Of a stretch of DNA of 64,000 nucleotides, positions 30,301 to 38,114 are shown in pieces. The notes below the pieces were generated by a model that made no database searches, had not been told where the DNA came from, and saw only the letters and a program-made list of their open reading frames with translations. The stretch covers positions 35,335 to 99,334 of the forward strand of contig CAUVBV010000003.1 in NCBI GenBank assembly GCA_963550405.1. The letters run 5' to 3'. Within the stretch, counting starts at the first letter, position 1, and each line of letters opens with the position of its first letter. Source of the DNA: an uncultured Atopobium sp. (lineage in GTDB: Bacteria > Actinomycetota > Coriobacteriia > Coriobacteriales > Atopobiaceae). The translations under genes were made by a program, and so were the position numbers.

Positions 30301-30412
30301 GCGATATGGCAGTTCGTTCTTGAAGTCATTGCCCAACAAGAACTATCAGCGCGTCTCAACAAAGGATATCTCCGCCCAAATTGCCAAATGGCGAGAAGAA
30401 CACGACGCGTAG
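27395..30412 (+). CDS. dinG: DinG-family ATP-dependent helicase with an N-terminal DnaQ-like 3'-5' exonuclease domain
   Basis: 1005 aa. Exonuclease motifs are VVLDTETTGL, ..HNATFDRTFI and ..HRASDDVDAL. Helicase motif I is EAGTGIGKS, the DEAH box is VIDEAH, and the C-terminal RecA2 domain has ..QAAGRLIRS. It starts only 11 nt after the ddl stop. Confidence 0.9.
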   Translation: MTSTESATQKLEELILPGTPSAVCKKYLKLAERAEHESFDVLEDDIVVLDTETTGLSFKKCSLIEISAAKLSGREIVERFQTFVDPGCPIPEEITALTSITDEDVKGAPSAKEAVAALAEFVGGLPVLAHNATFDRTFIERVPGGTSVSDTWIDTLSLSRIALPRLSSHKLSSMAEAFGTMKVTHRASDDVDALCGMWRILLLGLMNLPRGLLAKLASMHDGVEWTFRPIFSYLSQMKEEEAVQRGVAKKNATGAELADAEISGTFFSLKDIRCQLVADIKAKARRDADDPETPAMLPISKDEIHRAFAKPGIVSQMYDKFETRSEQVSMSVEVRNALVTSSHRELEAGTGIGKSIAYLLPEVLFAQKNDVTVGIATKTNALTDQLVAHDLPALARALPNGLSFCSLKGYEHYPCLHRVDRAALEELPLTLLDQEGRSSNSVASDMLTAIAVIYAYACQSADGDLDALGIRWRSVPREMVTIKAAECLRSKCPYYPHECFVHGARKRAGSSDVVVTNHSLLLRNVAADGKILPPIRHWVIDEAHGFEAEARHQWAVEISAKEMRNGFELLGGIKSGAIHAAMVGAANLEDSTLLTGLLTRSAAAVQRAMAAMGNLMATVHELAPLAKSDGGYNSLQLWINDEVRETEEWKEVLETASVALSALEEAALRIGKATDALVASAPNLASNLSDAGVFLSTLLDSLKLICEGKDKSYVYSAKLTRLKRDIGSEALVAEKLDIGAELAEKWLPETHSVVFTSATIAVGDDFSHFEHAVGLERGSFEHKSLHLESSFDYENHMGVFVAEDMPAPTDPGYLDALEKLLYDVHVQMGGSVLTLFTNRRDMERLFEALEPRLSERGLNLACQERSSSARRVREKFLAEKNLSLFALKSFWEGFDAAGDTLRCVVIPKLPFASPNEPLVKEREAREDRAWWRYSLPEAVIATKQAAGRLIRSAEDKGVLVLADSRLVSKRYGSSFLKSLPNKNYQRVSTKDISAQIAKWREEHDA

Positions 30413-30436
30413 CAGGGCTGCAATCACCTGATTGGC

Positions 30437-31429
30437 TTAGAGCTGCTCTTCTGCAGCAAGCAAAGACGCAGCGTAAGTGCGCATTGCGTGCATCACGGCC
30501 TTGTCTTTGGTTGTTACTTTTCCCTTAAGGGCAAGCAATCGTTGTAGCAGCCACGTTCCACCGTAGTAGGGGATAGTTGCTTTAATTTCTGCAGCATTGC
30601 GCTGGCTTCCAACTGTTTTAAGTCCCGGCCACGAATAGTGCGTAAGAGCGTTTTTATCAAAGAAGGTAAGCTCTACCAGCTGAGACTTTTCTTGCATAGC
30701 AGAATCTTGCACGCGTTCCGCAAGCTTTCTGTGCTCAAATGAAGCGGATTGCGTTTCAATGCAGCTCATTCGATTGACCCTAAAGACCCTTTGCTGCTCT
30801 AGGTTTAAATCAACCCCCTCGATAAGCCACCCATTTTCTCCGTATGACAGCTTATAGGGAAGAACCTCTCTCTGGCTAATTGCAGCATCTTTATCACCGC
30901 GAGCTTCTGCAACAGACGCCTCAGAGCGATAGTCGAATGAAATAACTTGTGATTCTGCAATTGCATTTGAGCAGGTGAGGAACGCGTTTACTTCTTTAGA
31001 GTGGCTTTTGGAGACAAGAGAGACTGAAGACCCGTCTGGTGAAGAGCTTCTTGTATATGGAGGCTTCAAGAGGCTCCAAAATACACTTTCTTGGGGCAAA
31101 GCGAGAGCGGTAAAAGCCTCTTTAAGTGCCAAGGTTTCTTCATCCGTTAAGACAAGCCTGCGAGCAGTAAAGGGAGACTCTCCAACAAGTGTCAGAGTAT
31201 CTTGGTCTCCCGTAAGGGGGAGAGGAAGATAGCCATTCTCGTCCGTGAGCTGCAAAAGCTCCATCAGAATAGCAGCCTCTTCAGAGGAAATGCTAAATCG
31301 CGACTGAACCGCGCTTAGCTCAACTGCGTCAAAAGACTCCCTCAATGCAGAAGAAAGCAGTATGAGCTTATAGACAGCTGACGATATGTTTTTTCTTCCA
31401 AAAGAGGTGTTTTTAACAGCCATTGGCAA
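30437..31429 (-). CDS. WYL-domain transcriptional regulator, PafC-like (second gene of the pair)
   Basis: 330 aa. WYL-type core ..ISFDYRSE....VLPYKLSYGENGWLIEGVDLNLEQQRVFRVNRM.. It overlaps the upstream paralogue by 17 nt. Confidence 0.65.
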   Translation of the reverse strand: MPMAVKNTSFGRKNISSAVYKLILLSSALRESFDAVELSAVQSRFSISSEEAAILMELLQLTDENGYLPLPLTGDQDTLTLVGESPFTARRLVLTDEETLALKEAFTALALPQESVFWSLLKPPYTRSSSPDGSSVSLVSKSHSKEVNAFLTCSNAIAESQVISFDYRSEASVAEARGDKDAAISQREVLPYKLSYGENGWLIEGVDLNLEQQRVFRVNRMSCIETQSASFEHRKLAERVQDSAMQEKSQLVELTFFDKNALTHYSWPGLKTVGSQRNAAEIKATIPYYGGTWLLQRLLALKGKVTTKDKAVMHAMRTYAASLLAAEEQL

Positions 31430-32426
31430 CCTCGCTTAAAGACCCTTTCCACTTTGCGAGAAGAGACTCTGGAGACCTTGGAATTAATCCATGAGCAAGA
31501 ATCCAAGATAAAGCGGTGTCTTCATGAGCGTAAGTAACGGTCCACAAAGCGCCATTAGAGAGGAGCTCAACATCCCCTTGACCTTGCGAGAAATGTTCAA
31601 AAGCAGCGAGTATATTTTTGGGGACAAACGCGGTAAGCGTGTCTGCTTGCAATCCGAGCTGGAAATCAAGGAGTTTATAGTCTTTTGAATCAAACTCTTC
31701 TGGTATGGAGAAGGACTCATTTTTAAGAATCGCGGCATCTAAAACACGGTCAACGCGAAAAGTTTTGATGGAAGCGCTCTCAGTACCGGATGAAAAATCT
31801 TGGGCCACAAAGTATAGAAGTCCCTGTGAAACAAAGAAGTCCAGCACGCCCAGATGTTTTTGCTTAACTAGGTCCTGTGAGTTTGTGTAGGTGATGTTTA
31901 CCAGTTGTTTAGAGCTGAGTGATTCGTATAGAACAGGAAAGACTTTGTTTTGGGAAGAAGCGCTGAGTTTTTGGCTGTCTGACTTACCTGACTCCAAGGA
32001 ATAAAAGTTACCCACAATTTTAGAGAGCGCGTTTCTCAATTCCTCTTGGTATACAAACGTTGCGTCAGTGAGAATTGCACTGCAGATTACAAGCAGCTGA
32101 TTGGCATCTTCAGGGCTTAAGTCGTACGAGGAATTAAAGAAATTTGAGTCCGAAAGATAGAATGACTTTTCTTTTCCCGTTTTTACCTCTGTAATTGCAA
32201 ATCCAAGCTGTTTCAAAACAGTGCGATCTCTTGAAAAAGTTCTTAAAGCAGAATCGGTAGATAAATCTGAGTAAATCGCTGCATATATTTCTGCCGAGGG
32301 TAGAGGTCCCTTTTGAATTAGCAGCATAAATAGCGAGAAAATCCTCCAGGCACCAAGTTCATTATTACCTAGAGTTTGATTGTTTGGAGCCATATCCACC
32401 TCCCGCTTTTTGCTAGTTGAACTCAA
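31413..32426 (-). CDS. HTH + WYL-domain transcriptional regulator, PafB-like (first gene of the pair)
   Basis: 337 aa. The N-terminal wHTH is (..RIFSLFMLLIQKGPLPSAEIYAAI..LRTFSRDRTVLKQLGFAI). The WYL core is ..VNITYTNSQDLVKQKHLGVLDFFVSQGLLYFVAQD....IKTFRVDRV.. The true start may be the internal MAPNNQ. Confidence 0.65.
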   Translation of the reverse strand: MSSTSKKREVDMAPNNQTLGNNELGAWRIFSLFMLLIQKGPLPSAEIYAAIYSDLSTDSALRTFSRDRTVLKQLGFAITEVKTGKEKSFYLSDSNFFNSSYDLSPEDANQLLVICSAILTDATFVYQEELRNALSKIVGNFYSLESGKSDSQKLSASSQNKVFPVLYESLSSKQLVNITYTNSQDLVKQKHLGVLDFFVSQGLLYFVAQDFSSGTESASIKTFRVDRVLDAAILKNESFSIPEEFDSKDYKLLDFQLGLQADTLTAFVPKNILAAFEHFSQGQGDVELLSNGALWTVTYAHEDTALSWILAHGLIPRSPESLLAKWKGSLSEVANGC

Positions 32427-32582
32427 ATCTCTCTAAACATATACGAAAGTTTTTGATATTTAGTGCAGAATTTCTAAATTTGGACGTAAAAATACACTTT
32501 AACCGCTATATTTCGATATAAGACGTATACTAATGACGTATATATGAAACCTGTCAGAAGACATGCCAACGAAGGACGTAGT

Positions 32583-34508
32583 ATGGCCATCACACATGAC
32601 TATGTTGACTATCTAGACGAGCAGATTGATATTGCTCCTGCCGGTAGCCAAGAGGAGCTTCAGGCTGCTCAAACCATTGCTGAAGAAATGAAACTTCACG
32701 GGCTTGAGGCAACCATTGAAGAATTTGACGCTAAGTCTATTAAGAGTCTTGGCTACTCAATCTATCTAATCCTCCTCTTCATTGGCGTTATTTTTGCAGG
32801 CACTGGTAATGCAGCACTCATTGCTTTTGGCGTTCTGCTTGTCGCTGGTTTTGGCGCACTTACGTGTCTCAAGTATTTTGGTAATGACATTCTGGGTTCA
32901 TTTGGATCTTCCATCAGAAGCCAGAACGTTGTTGCTAAACACGAAGCCACTGGTGAGCTTGTCGCAAAAGGCAATCGTCCAATCGTAATTGTTGCTCACT
33001 ATGACTCTCCACATACAAACTTCCTTGTTGAGTCCCCTGTAGCAAAGTACGTACCGCTTGCACAGAGGTATGCGCGTTGGTGTGTAGTTGCCGTGTTTGT
33101 TGCTACGTTTGTTCAGATTCTTCGTTTCCTTCCTGATCCAGTTCGTGTCCTTTTCTGGATTGTTGGTATTCTTGCAGCTCTTCCACTTGTTGCTCTTTCT
33201 GTCGCAACTATTGCAGAGCGTTTTGCACCTTGCACTATTGGCGCAAACAACAACAAGTCTTCAGTTGCAGCACTTCTTGGTATTCTCGAGAATGTCCGTC
33301 CTACTGGTCATCGACCCGAGGTTGTTCATCATTTTGCAGGAGATGCAGCTGCACTTATCCCAGAGCCTGATGAGGTGGAAGGCGTCCGCCACGGCGAGGA
33401 AGTTCTTAATTCACTGGGCATTCTTCCTGAGGATTGCGAAGTAAGCTACGTTGCTTATGACACTACTGGCGCAAGCCAGACTGCATCTCTCGAGGATGTT
33501 GCAGAGGCTGTAAATGCAACAACAGAAGAAGAGCGGACTGAGGATGCTTCTGCTGACAACACCGTTGCGTATGATTCTGTTGACGATGAGCTCAATGCAA
33601 CTATGAAGCAGGTTCATGAATCCGCTGATGCAGATGCAACGCAGGTACAGCCTGAAGCAACACATGAGCTCCATGCTAAGAACGACTTTGCTCGTCGTGC
33701 GTCCCTCTTTGATCTTCCTGATCCTTCTGGCGACGCCGTTGATCCTCTAGCTCCATCTTCCGAGCCAGCTCCTCACTATGTTCCAGCTCCAACATCTGCG
33801 CCTTCTCCAGAGGCAGAAGATGCAGAGAGCCCATTCGACACCATTTCGGCTGATGAGGGTCTCACAGAGGCACAGGACGCAAAGACTCCTGAGGCAAAGC
33901 GTCGTTCCTTTAGACTCTTTGGTCGTAACGACGGACCATCAGATGATTGGAAGGGCGGAGCAGCTCCATCTGCAGAGAATCGTGAAGATACTGACTCTGA
34001 GGATGCATCTGTTGTCTCTGAGGATGATCTTCGTAATGCTGTTCTTTCACTTTCTGATGACGAGCTCATTGCACACGATATTTGGTTTGTTGCACTTGGA
34101 GCGTCTGATTTTGACCACGCAGGCATGAGGGAGTTCCTCGCAAAGCACAGAACTGATATTCGCGGAGCTTTTCTCATTAACCTTGATTGTGTTGGTGCTG
34201 GTACGCTTTCCATTCTTAAGAATGAGGGAATTGGCAACGTCCGCCGCGCTGATCGCAGAATGACTCGACTCCTTTCTACTATTGCAGCTGATCTTCATAT
34301 TGATGTTGAGCAGCGTGCATTTGACTGGGACACCACTGATGCAACTCCTGCAATGCAGAATTCAGTTCGTTCTGTTACTTTGATGGGCTTAAACGAGGAT
34401 GGACTTCCTGCACTTAGCCGCACCGCCGCTGATGTTCGCGAGAACGTTAATGCTGGCCAGTGTGCTGACGCTGCAGCTCTTGTTACTGAGCTTATTAGAC
34501 GCTCGTAA
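32583..34508 (+). CDS. Membrane-embedded M28-family metallopeptidase-like protein with a long acidic insertion
   Basis: ..NRPIVIVAHYDSPH.. and ..IWFVALGASDFDHAGMREFLAKH...GAFLINLDCVGAG resemble M28 metal-ligand blocks. About four TM helices lie between them. The track start is 32544, but ATG 32583 has the SD AAGGA. Confidence 0.6.
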   Translation: MAITHDYVDYLDEQIDIAPAGSQEELQAAQTIAEEMKLHGLEATIEEFDAKSIKSLGYSIYLILLFIGVIFAGTGNAALIAFGVLLVAGFGALTCLKYFGNDILGSFGSSIRSQNVVAKHEATGELVAKGNRPIVIVAHYDSPHTNFLVESPVAKYVPLAQRYARWCVVAVFVATFVQILRFLPDPVRVLFWIVGILAALPLVALSVATIAERFAPCTIGANNNKSSVAALLGILENVRPTGHRPEVVHHFAGDAAALIPEPDEVEGVRHGEEVLNSLGILPEDCEVSYVAYDTTGASQTASLEDVAEAVNATTEEERTEDASADNTVAYDSVDDELNATMKQVHESADADATQVQPEATHELHAKNDFARRASLFDLPDPSGDAVDPLAPSSEPAPHYVPAPTSAPSPEAEDAESPFDTISADEGLTEAQDAKTPEAKRRSFRLFGRNDGPSDDWKGGAAPSAENREDTDSEDASVVSEDDLRNAVLSLSDDELIAHDIWFVALGASDFDHAGMREFLAKHRTDIRGAFLINLDCVGAGTLSILKNEGIGNVRRADRRMTRLLSTIAADLHIDVEQRAFDWDTTDATPAMQNSVRSVTLMGLNEDGLPALSRTAADVRENVNAGQCADAAALVTELIRRS

Positions 34509-34540
34509 ACGAACAAGTCACTAGCTAGAGTAAGTTTTTA

Positions 34541-34573
34541 AGAAAGGGCAGAGATTTCTGCCCTTTCTTTTTT
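34541..34573. terminator. Bidirectional rho-independent terminator
   Basis: AGAAAGGGCAG-agattt-CTGCCCTTTCT, followed by TTTTT. It lies between convergent genes. Confidence 0.7.
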
Positions 34574-34596
34574 AGCGCTAAGGCAAGGTTACTCAA

Positions 34597-36864
34597 CTAA
34601 AAGGAGCGTCTTATTTTTGCTATAAATACATGAGTGCATCCAATAAGTACTGATCCTGCCAAGGCGAGTAAAAGGGGAACTGCGTAGGCATTGTCTGCCG
34701 TGCCCGGAAGATGGGGCTTAGGAGCTACGCGAATAGTCTGAGCTTTAGAGTGACTATCGGTGTGCGAAGCAACTTTCTCACCATCTTTTGAGATTGTTTC
34801 GTAGGCGGTAACTTCTTTACCTTCAAGTGAGGCAGTCCTTACAGAAAAAGGAACCGCAGCTTCTCCCGATGAGGTAGGAGCTTTGAAGCGGACAGTTCCG
34901 CGAGCAACAGGTTCTGCCGTACCTTCTTGGAGCTGCTTTGTTTCATAGAGCTCTCCGGTAATTTCGTACTCTTCTCCTGGGGTAAGACCCTCGTATTTAA
35001 TGTGATCAACAAGATTGAGTTTCTCGGCATATTCAGGATTTTTTGACCCTTCAGCATCCACAAGCATTGTTTGTAAAGAAATTCTTTCATCAATGAGCTT
35101 GGGTGCTTCTACAGTCTCTTCAGAAGTAAGAGTGACCGTTGGGTTCCATTCTTTGTTGAGAGAGTATCCTGCTGGAGCCGTAACCTCTTTAAGTGAATAG
35201 GAGCCAAAGGGAAGGTCTTTAACCGCCGCTTCTCCAGATTCGTCTGTTTCTACTGTGGTGACAACTTCGTGAGGAGCAATCCATTTTCCCTGGTAGAAGA
35301 TAGGTTGAGCAGAGCTATTAGTTAGCTCAATTTTGGCGCCCTTCAGACTTGGCATTTCTTCTGCCTCAGAATAACCATCGGGTGAACTTAGGGAAGTGTG
35401 TCCAATTTTCTTAACTTTAAGATTTCCTCTTATTACCTCGTCTTTGAAGGTAAAGGAGTGCTTAGACGAGGAATTCTCTTTTCCGCTAGAAAGATTTGTC
35501 CAGATAAGATTGCCGTCTTGGTTTGAAAGCTTCCAGGTTTGAAGTGAATGTTCTGGAAGTTTATAGCCTTCAGGTGCTTGAATTTCTTCGATTTGGTAAT
35601 ACCCCAGAGGAAGCCAGGGTTTCTCGCCAAGAGTAAAGAGGTCATCTCCAGAAACTTTATGGTCTGCGTCAAACGAGGCAAAACCCTGTTCGTCGGTCGA
35701 GAAAACCCATGTTCTTAGTGTTGTTTCAGCAGAGCCGCTATAGGTCACTTTAAAAAGCGCACCCTGTAGCGTTGCATTTCCTTGGGGAGAAGCGCTTTGC
35801 TGCTCAGAACGAGCGTCTTCGTCGAGGCTAGTGCTGTGGTCAAAGTCTTGTTTTGAAATGCGTAGATCAAATTCTCCAATAGGAGTATCGGTAACCGTGA
35901 GAGTGCTCTCTTCCTGGTTTGTTATTTTTACAGCATGAACCGATTGGTCAAGAAGAAAGCCCTTTGGTGCAGCGGTTTCTTTTACATACACCGTTCCAAC
36001 AGGAAGTTCATTGAGTGTTGCAGACCCAGATTTATCAAGAGTGAGGCTGCCAAGAAGATTGGTGCAACCCTCATCGGAATATACTCCGTAAACAGCGCCT
36101 TCTAGGGAGTAGTGCTCGTTATTTGAAGTGACATCGGGTAATAGGGAGCCTTTGGTGATTTTGAGAGAGCCAGATTGCTGTCCAAAGAAAAACAGAACTT
36201 GTTTGTCTCCAGTAGGCACAAACAGCTTGGCAACTCCACTCTCCGGACCACCACCGTTGGTTTGAGCGTAGTTCATAGCATCGGAGTAGAACTGCTCAAT
36301 AGATTGATGAAGTTCTGCCTGAGGAACGCTTACCGCAAGAGCATGAGCTTCTCCGCGCATAACCGCCCACAGCGCAAACTGCGTGATGGCTCGCGCCTTC
36401 CAGCCTGTATAGCCATACACGTCTTTTTCTTGGGACGCAGTAGCTCCGTGATAAATGATGTAGTCAATAGCTCTAAGCTGCTCGGCGGTATACGTTCCAC
36501 CGCGAGCGCCATTAGCTGAGGTGAGTTTTGTATAAGACTGCGGGTCAATTACACTTCCAGTTGCTCCTGGCCATGCACCATAGTGATTGAATTCATCTCC
36601 ACAGTAGAGATACGTACCGTCGCTAGCGGTCCACATGGGAATTTGTTGTCCACCAGGAAAATCTTCTCTTTGTGCAACGGTAAAAGAGGGCTCTTGTGCA
36701 AAAGCAAGTCTATGAGCAGGCTTTAGGAAAAAATGACTAAGGAGAAGAGCTCCAATCAACAGAGGGATAAACCAAAAGTGACAGACAGAAGAAGGAGTTT
36801 GTCTTCGTGCAGCTGTTTCCTTCTTAGGTTTTGAGGATTTTGTGATAAACATGCGTGCCTCCAA
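34597..36864 (-). CDS. Sortase-anchored surface adhesin with a thioester (TQXA) domain and Cna-B/SpaA-type repeats
   Basis: 755 aa with a signal peptide and TM. Candidate thioester pair: Cys in LYCGDEFNHYG and Gln in AITQFALWAV (the TQXA motif). Prealbumin-like repeats are present (GAVYGVYSDEGC..VYVKETAAPKGF; GSYSLKEVTAPAGY). The pilin-linker-like segment is VDHIKYEGLTPGEEYEITGELY. The C-terminal sorting signal is LPGTA, a hydrophobic stretch and KIRRSF. Confidence 0.8.
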   Translation of the reverse strand: MEARMFITKSSKPKKETAARRQTPSSVCHFWFIPLLIGALLLSHFFLKPAHRLAFAQEPSFTVAQREDFPGGQQIPMWTASDGTYLYCGDEFNHYGAWPGATGSVIDPQSYTKLTSANGARGGTYTAEQLRAIDYIIYHGATASQEKDVYGYTGWKARAITQFALWAVMRGEAHALAVSVPQAELHQSIEQFYSDAMNYAQTNGGGPESGVAKLFVPTGDKQVLFFFGQQSGSLKITKGSLLPDVTSNNEHYSLEGAVYGVYSDEGCTNLLGSLTLDKSGSATLNELPVGTVYVKETAAPKGFLLDQSVHAVKITNQEESTLTVTDTPIGEFDLRISKQDFDHSTSLDEDARSEQQSASPQGNATLQGALFKVTYSGSAETTLRTWVFSTDEQGFASFDADHKVSGDDLFTLGEKPWLPLGYYQIEEIQAPEGYKLPEHSLQTWKLSNQDGNLIWTNLSSGKENSSSKHSFTFKDEVIRGNLKVKKIGHTSLSSPDGYSEAEEMPSLKGAKIELTNSSAQPIFYQGKWIAPHEVVTTVETDESGEAAVKDLPFGSYSLKEVTAPAGYSLNKEWNPTVTLTSEETVEAPKLIDERISLQTMLVDAEGSKNPEYAEKLNLVDHIKYEGLTPGEEYEITGELYETKQLQEGTAEPVARGTVRFKAPTSSGEAAVPFSVRTASLEGKEVTAYETISKDGEKVASHTDSHSKAQTIRVAPKPHLPGTADNAYAVPLLLALAGSVLIGCTHVFIAKIRRSF

Positions 36865-36999
36865 ACTGAAAAATCAGAGGTAGATTGCGTATATGGAGAT
36901 ATTTGGTAATGCATAAATGCGAGCTTTTGTTGCAACATATAGACAATTAGTGTTAACGTATTCAGTAATCAGTAACACTTACTAATTAATGAGGTTATC

Positions 37000-37401
37000 G
37001 TGCGTTACAGCAAGCAGCGTGAGGCAATTCGTACTTATATGGAAGGTCGCCATGACCATCCAACAGCAGATAGTGTGTATGCAGCAGTAAGAGAGGAATT
37101 ACCAAACATCTCTCTTGGAACTGTTTACCGTAACCTTATGCAGCTTGTTGACGCAGGCGAGCTCCAGGTTGTTAATACCGGCGATAATATCTCTCGTTTT
37201 GATCCAACTACAACCGAGCATGCACACTTCCAGTGTCATGAGTGTGGCCGTGTCTTTGATGTCGACGGACCAGTTCTGAGGGACCTTACCAGCCTCACCA
37301 AGGATTCTTGCGGCGAGATTGACTCTTACGCTCTGTGCTTTACGGGTATTTGTAACGAGTGCCTAGCTAAGAACCCAGCGCTCCATCACAGCGTTAACTA
37401 A
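37000..37401 (+). CDS. Fur-family metalloregulator (Fur/PerR/Zur type)
   Basis: 133 aa, GTG start with SD GAGG. It has ..RYSKQREAI....HPTADSVYAAVREELPNISLGTVYRNL..L, an HAHFQCHECG motif and a C-terminal CNEC (Cys4 Zn site). Confidence 0.9.
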   Translation: MRYSKQREAIRTYMEGRHDHPTADSVYAAVREELPNISLGTVYRNLMQLVDAGELQVVNTGDNISRFDPTTTEHAHFQCHECGRVFDVDGPVLRDLTSLTKDSCGEIDSYALCFTGICNECLAKNPALHHSVN

Positions 37402-37429
37402 TGTGTTGCAACAAAACAGCTTTCTTTAG

Positions 37430-37454
37430 GACCGGTGCTTCACCGGTCTTTTTC
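37430..37454 (+). terminator. Rho-independent terminator after the Fur-family gene
   Basis: GACCGGTG-ctt-CACCGGTC, followed by TTTTT. Confidence 0.75.
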
Positions 37455-37810
37455 TTTATGGGGGAGCCTCAGGTTTGCGAGAAAACCTATCTGCTAGACG
37501 CGACCGTAGACCTGCATGTCCTACAGAAGGGAAGCTGCTTGGCATGACGGGGTCTCCGCCAAGCAGCTTTGCCCGAGGAAGGCGGAGTTGTCGGGTGGAG
37601 AGCAGGCGCCTATAAGAGGTGGGATAGTGGTATGCGGGGGTTTCTCGCCAGAAGTACTTTTGCATAGCGCTCCTTTCGTTGGAGAGCATGCTAAAGAGTG
37701 ACTTTGCGCCTATTCTGACCAGCGCCTGTCCAGTTTCTGACGGAGAAAATTTGTGTAGGCGCATATTTGTTGTATATGCGCAGCTAGGTAGAAAACAACT
37801 CATCAAACTT
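37455..37810. ncRNA. Candidate structured non-coding RNA, identity and strand unknown
   Basis: A roughly 350-nt ORF-poor stretch that is GC-richer than its flanks and has several strong helices. Examples are the 12-bp perfect stem AAGCTGCTTGGC / GCCAAGCAGCTT (about 37533-37570), GCGCATAT-ttgttgt-ATATGCGC (37759-37781) and GGTTT-gcgaga-AAACC. Neither of the two track ORFs here looks protein-like. Confidence 0.25.
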
Positions 37811-37872
37811 TTATCTAGTTGCCGAGCAAGCGATTAAAAGGCAAAAAATACTGTGATAAAATCTACACAATT

Positions 37873-37947
37873 GCGGGCATCGCCAAGTGGTAAGGCAATG
37901 GCTTCCCAAGCCATCATCCGCGGGTTCGAATCCCGTTGCCCGCTCCA
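37873..37947 (+). tRNA. tRNA-Gly(CCC), CCA encoded
   Basis: GCGGGCATCGCCAAGTGGTAAGGCAATGGCTTCCCAAGCCATCATCCGCGGGTTCGAATCCCGTTGCCCGCTCCA. The anticodon loop is TTCCCAA and the discriminator is U73. Confidence 0.95.
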
Positions 37948-37957
37948 ATGACATACA

Positions 37958-37979
37958 AGAGCCCTTCGGGGCTCTTTTT
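37958..37979 (+). terminator. Rho-independent terminator after tRNA-Gly
   Basis: AGAGCCC-ttcg-GGGCTCT, followed by TTTTT. Confidence 0.8.
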
Positions 37980-38114
37980 ATGGACAAGATTGAAATTTGG
38001 CGTTGTGAAGAAGGCTGTTCGGGTAGAAGTGGAACGGAAATACTTTGGATTTATCGCCAAAACGTTTGCTCTTAATTTCTTGAATTAAGTGGATCGATGG
38101 TTGAAGGGAACAAG

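Noticed and set aside
37456-37806. 116-aa minus-strand ORF (and the 61-aa plus-strand ORF 37516-37701) in the fur/tRNA-Gly gap
   Set aside because: They are Arg/Ser/Pro/Leu-rich, have no SD and no motifs, and the region is dominated by long perfect RNA-type helices. I treated it as a candidate ncRNA instead.
37455-37810. Possibility that this structured region is RNase P RNA, tmRNA or SRP RNA
   Set aside because: Neither strand contains the universally conserved RNase P P4 sequence (GAGGAAAGUCC / ACAGAA..GGCUUA). Neither has a tRNA-like T-arm with 3' acceptor-ACCA and a 5' GGGG partner for tmRNA. Neither has the SRP helix-8 GGAA-tetraloop motif (GUCCGGAAGGAAGCAGC); GUCCUACAGAAGGGAAGCUGC is only a loose resemblance. 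The identity is left open pending an Rfam scan.
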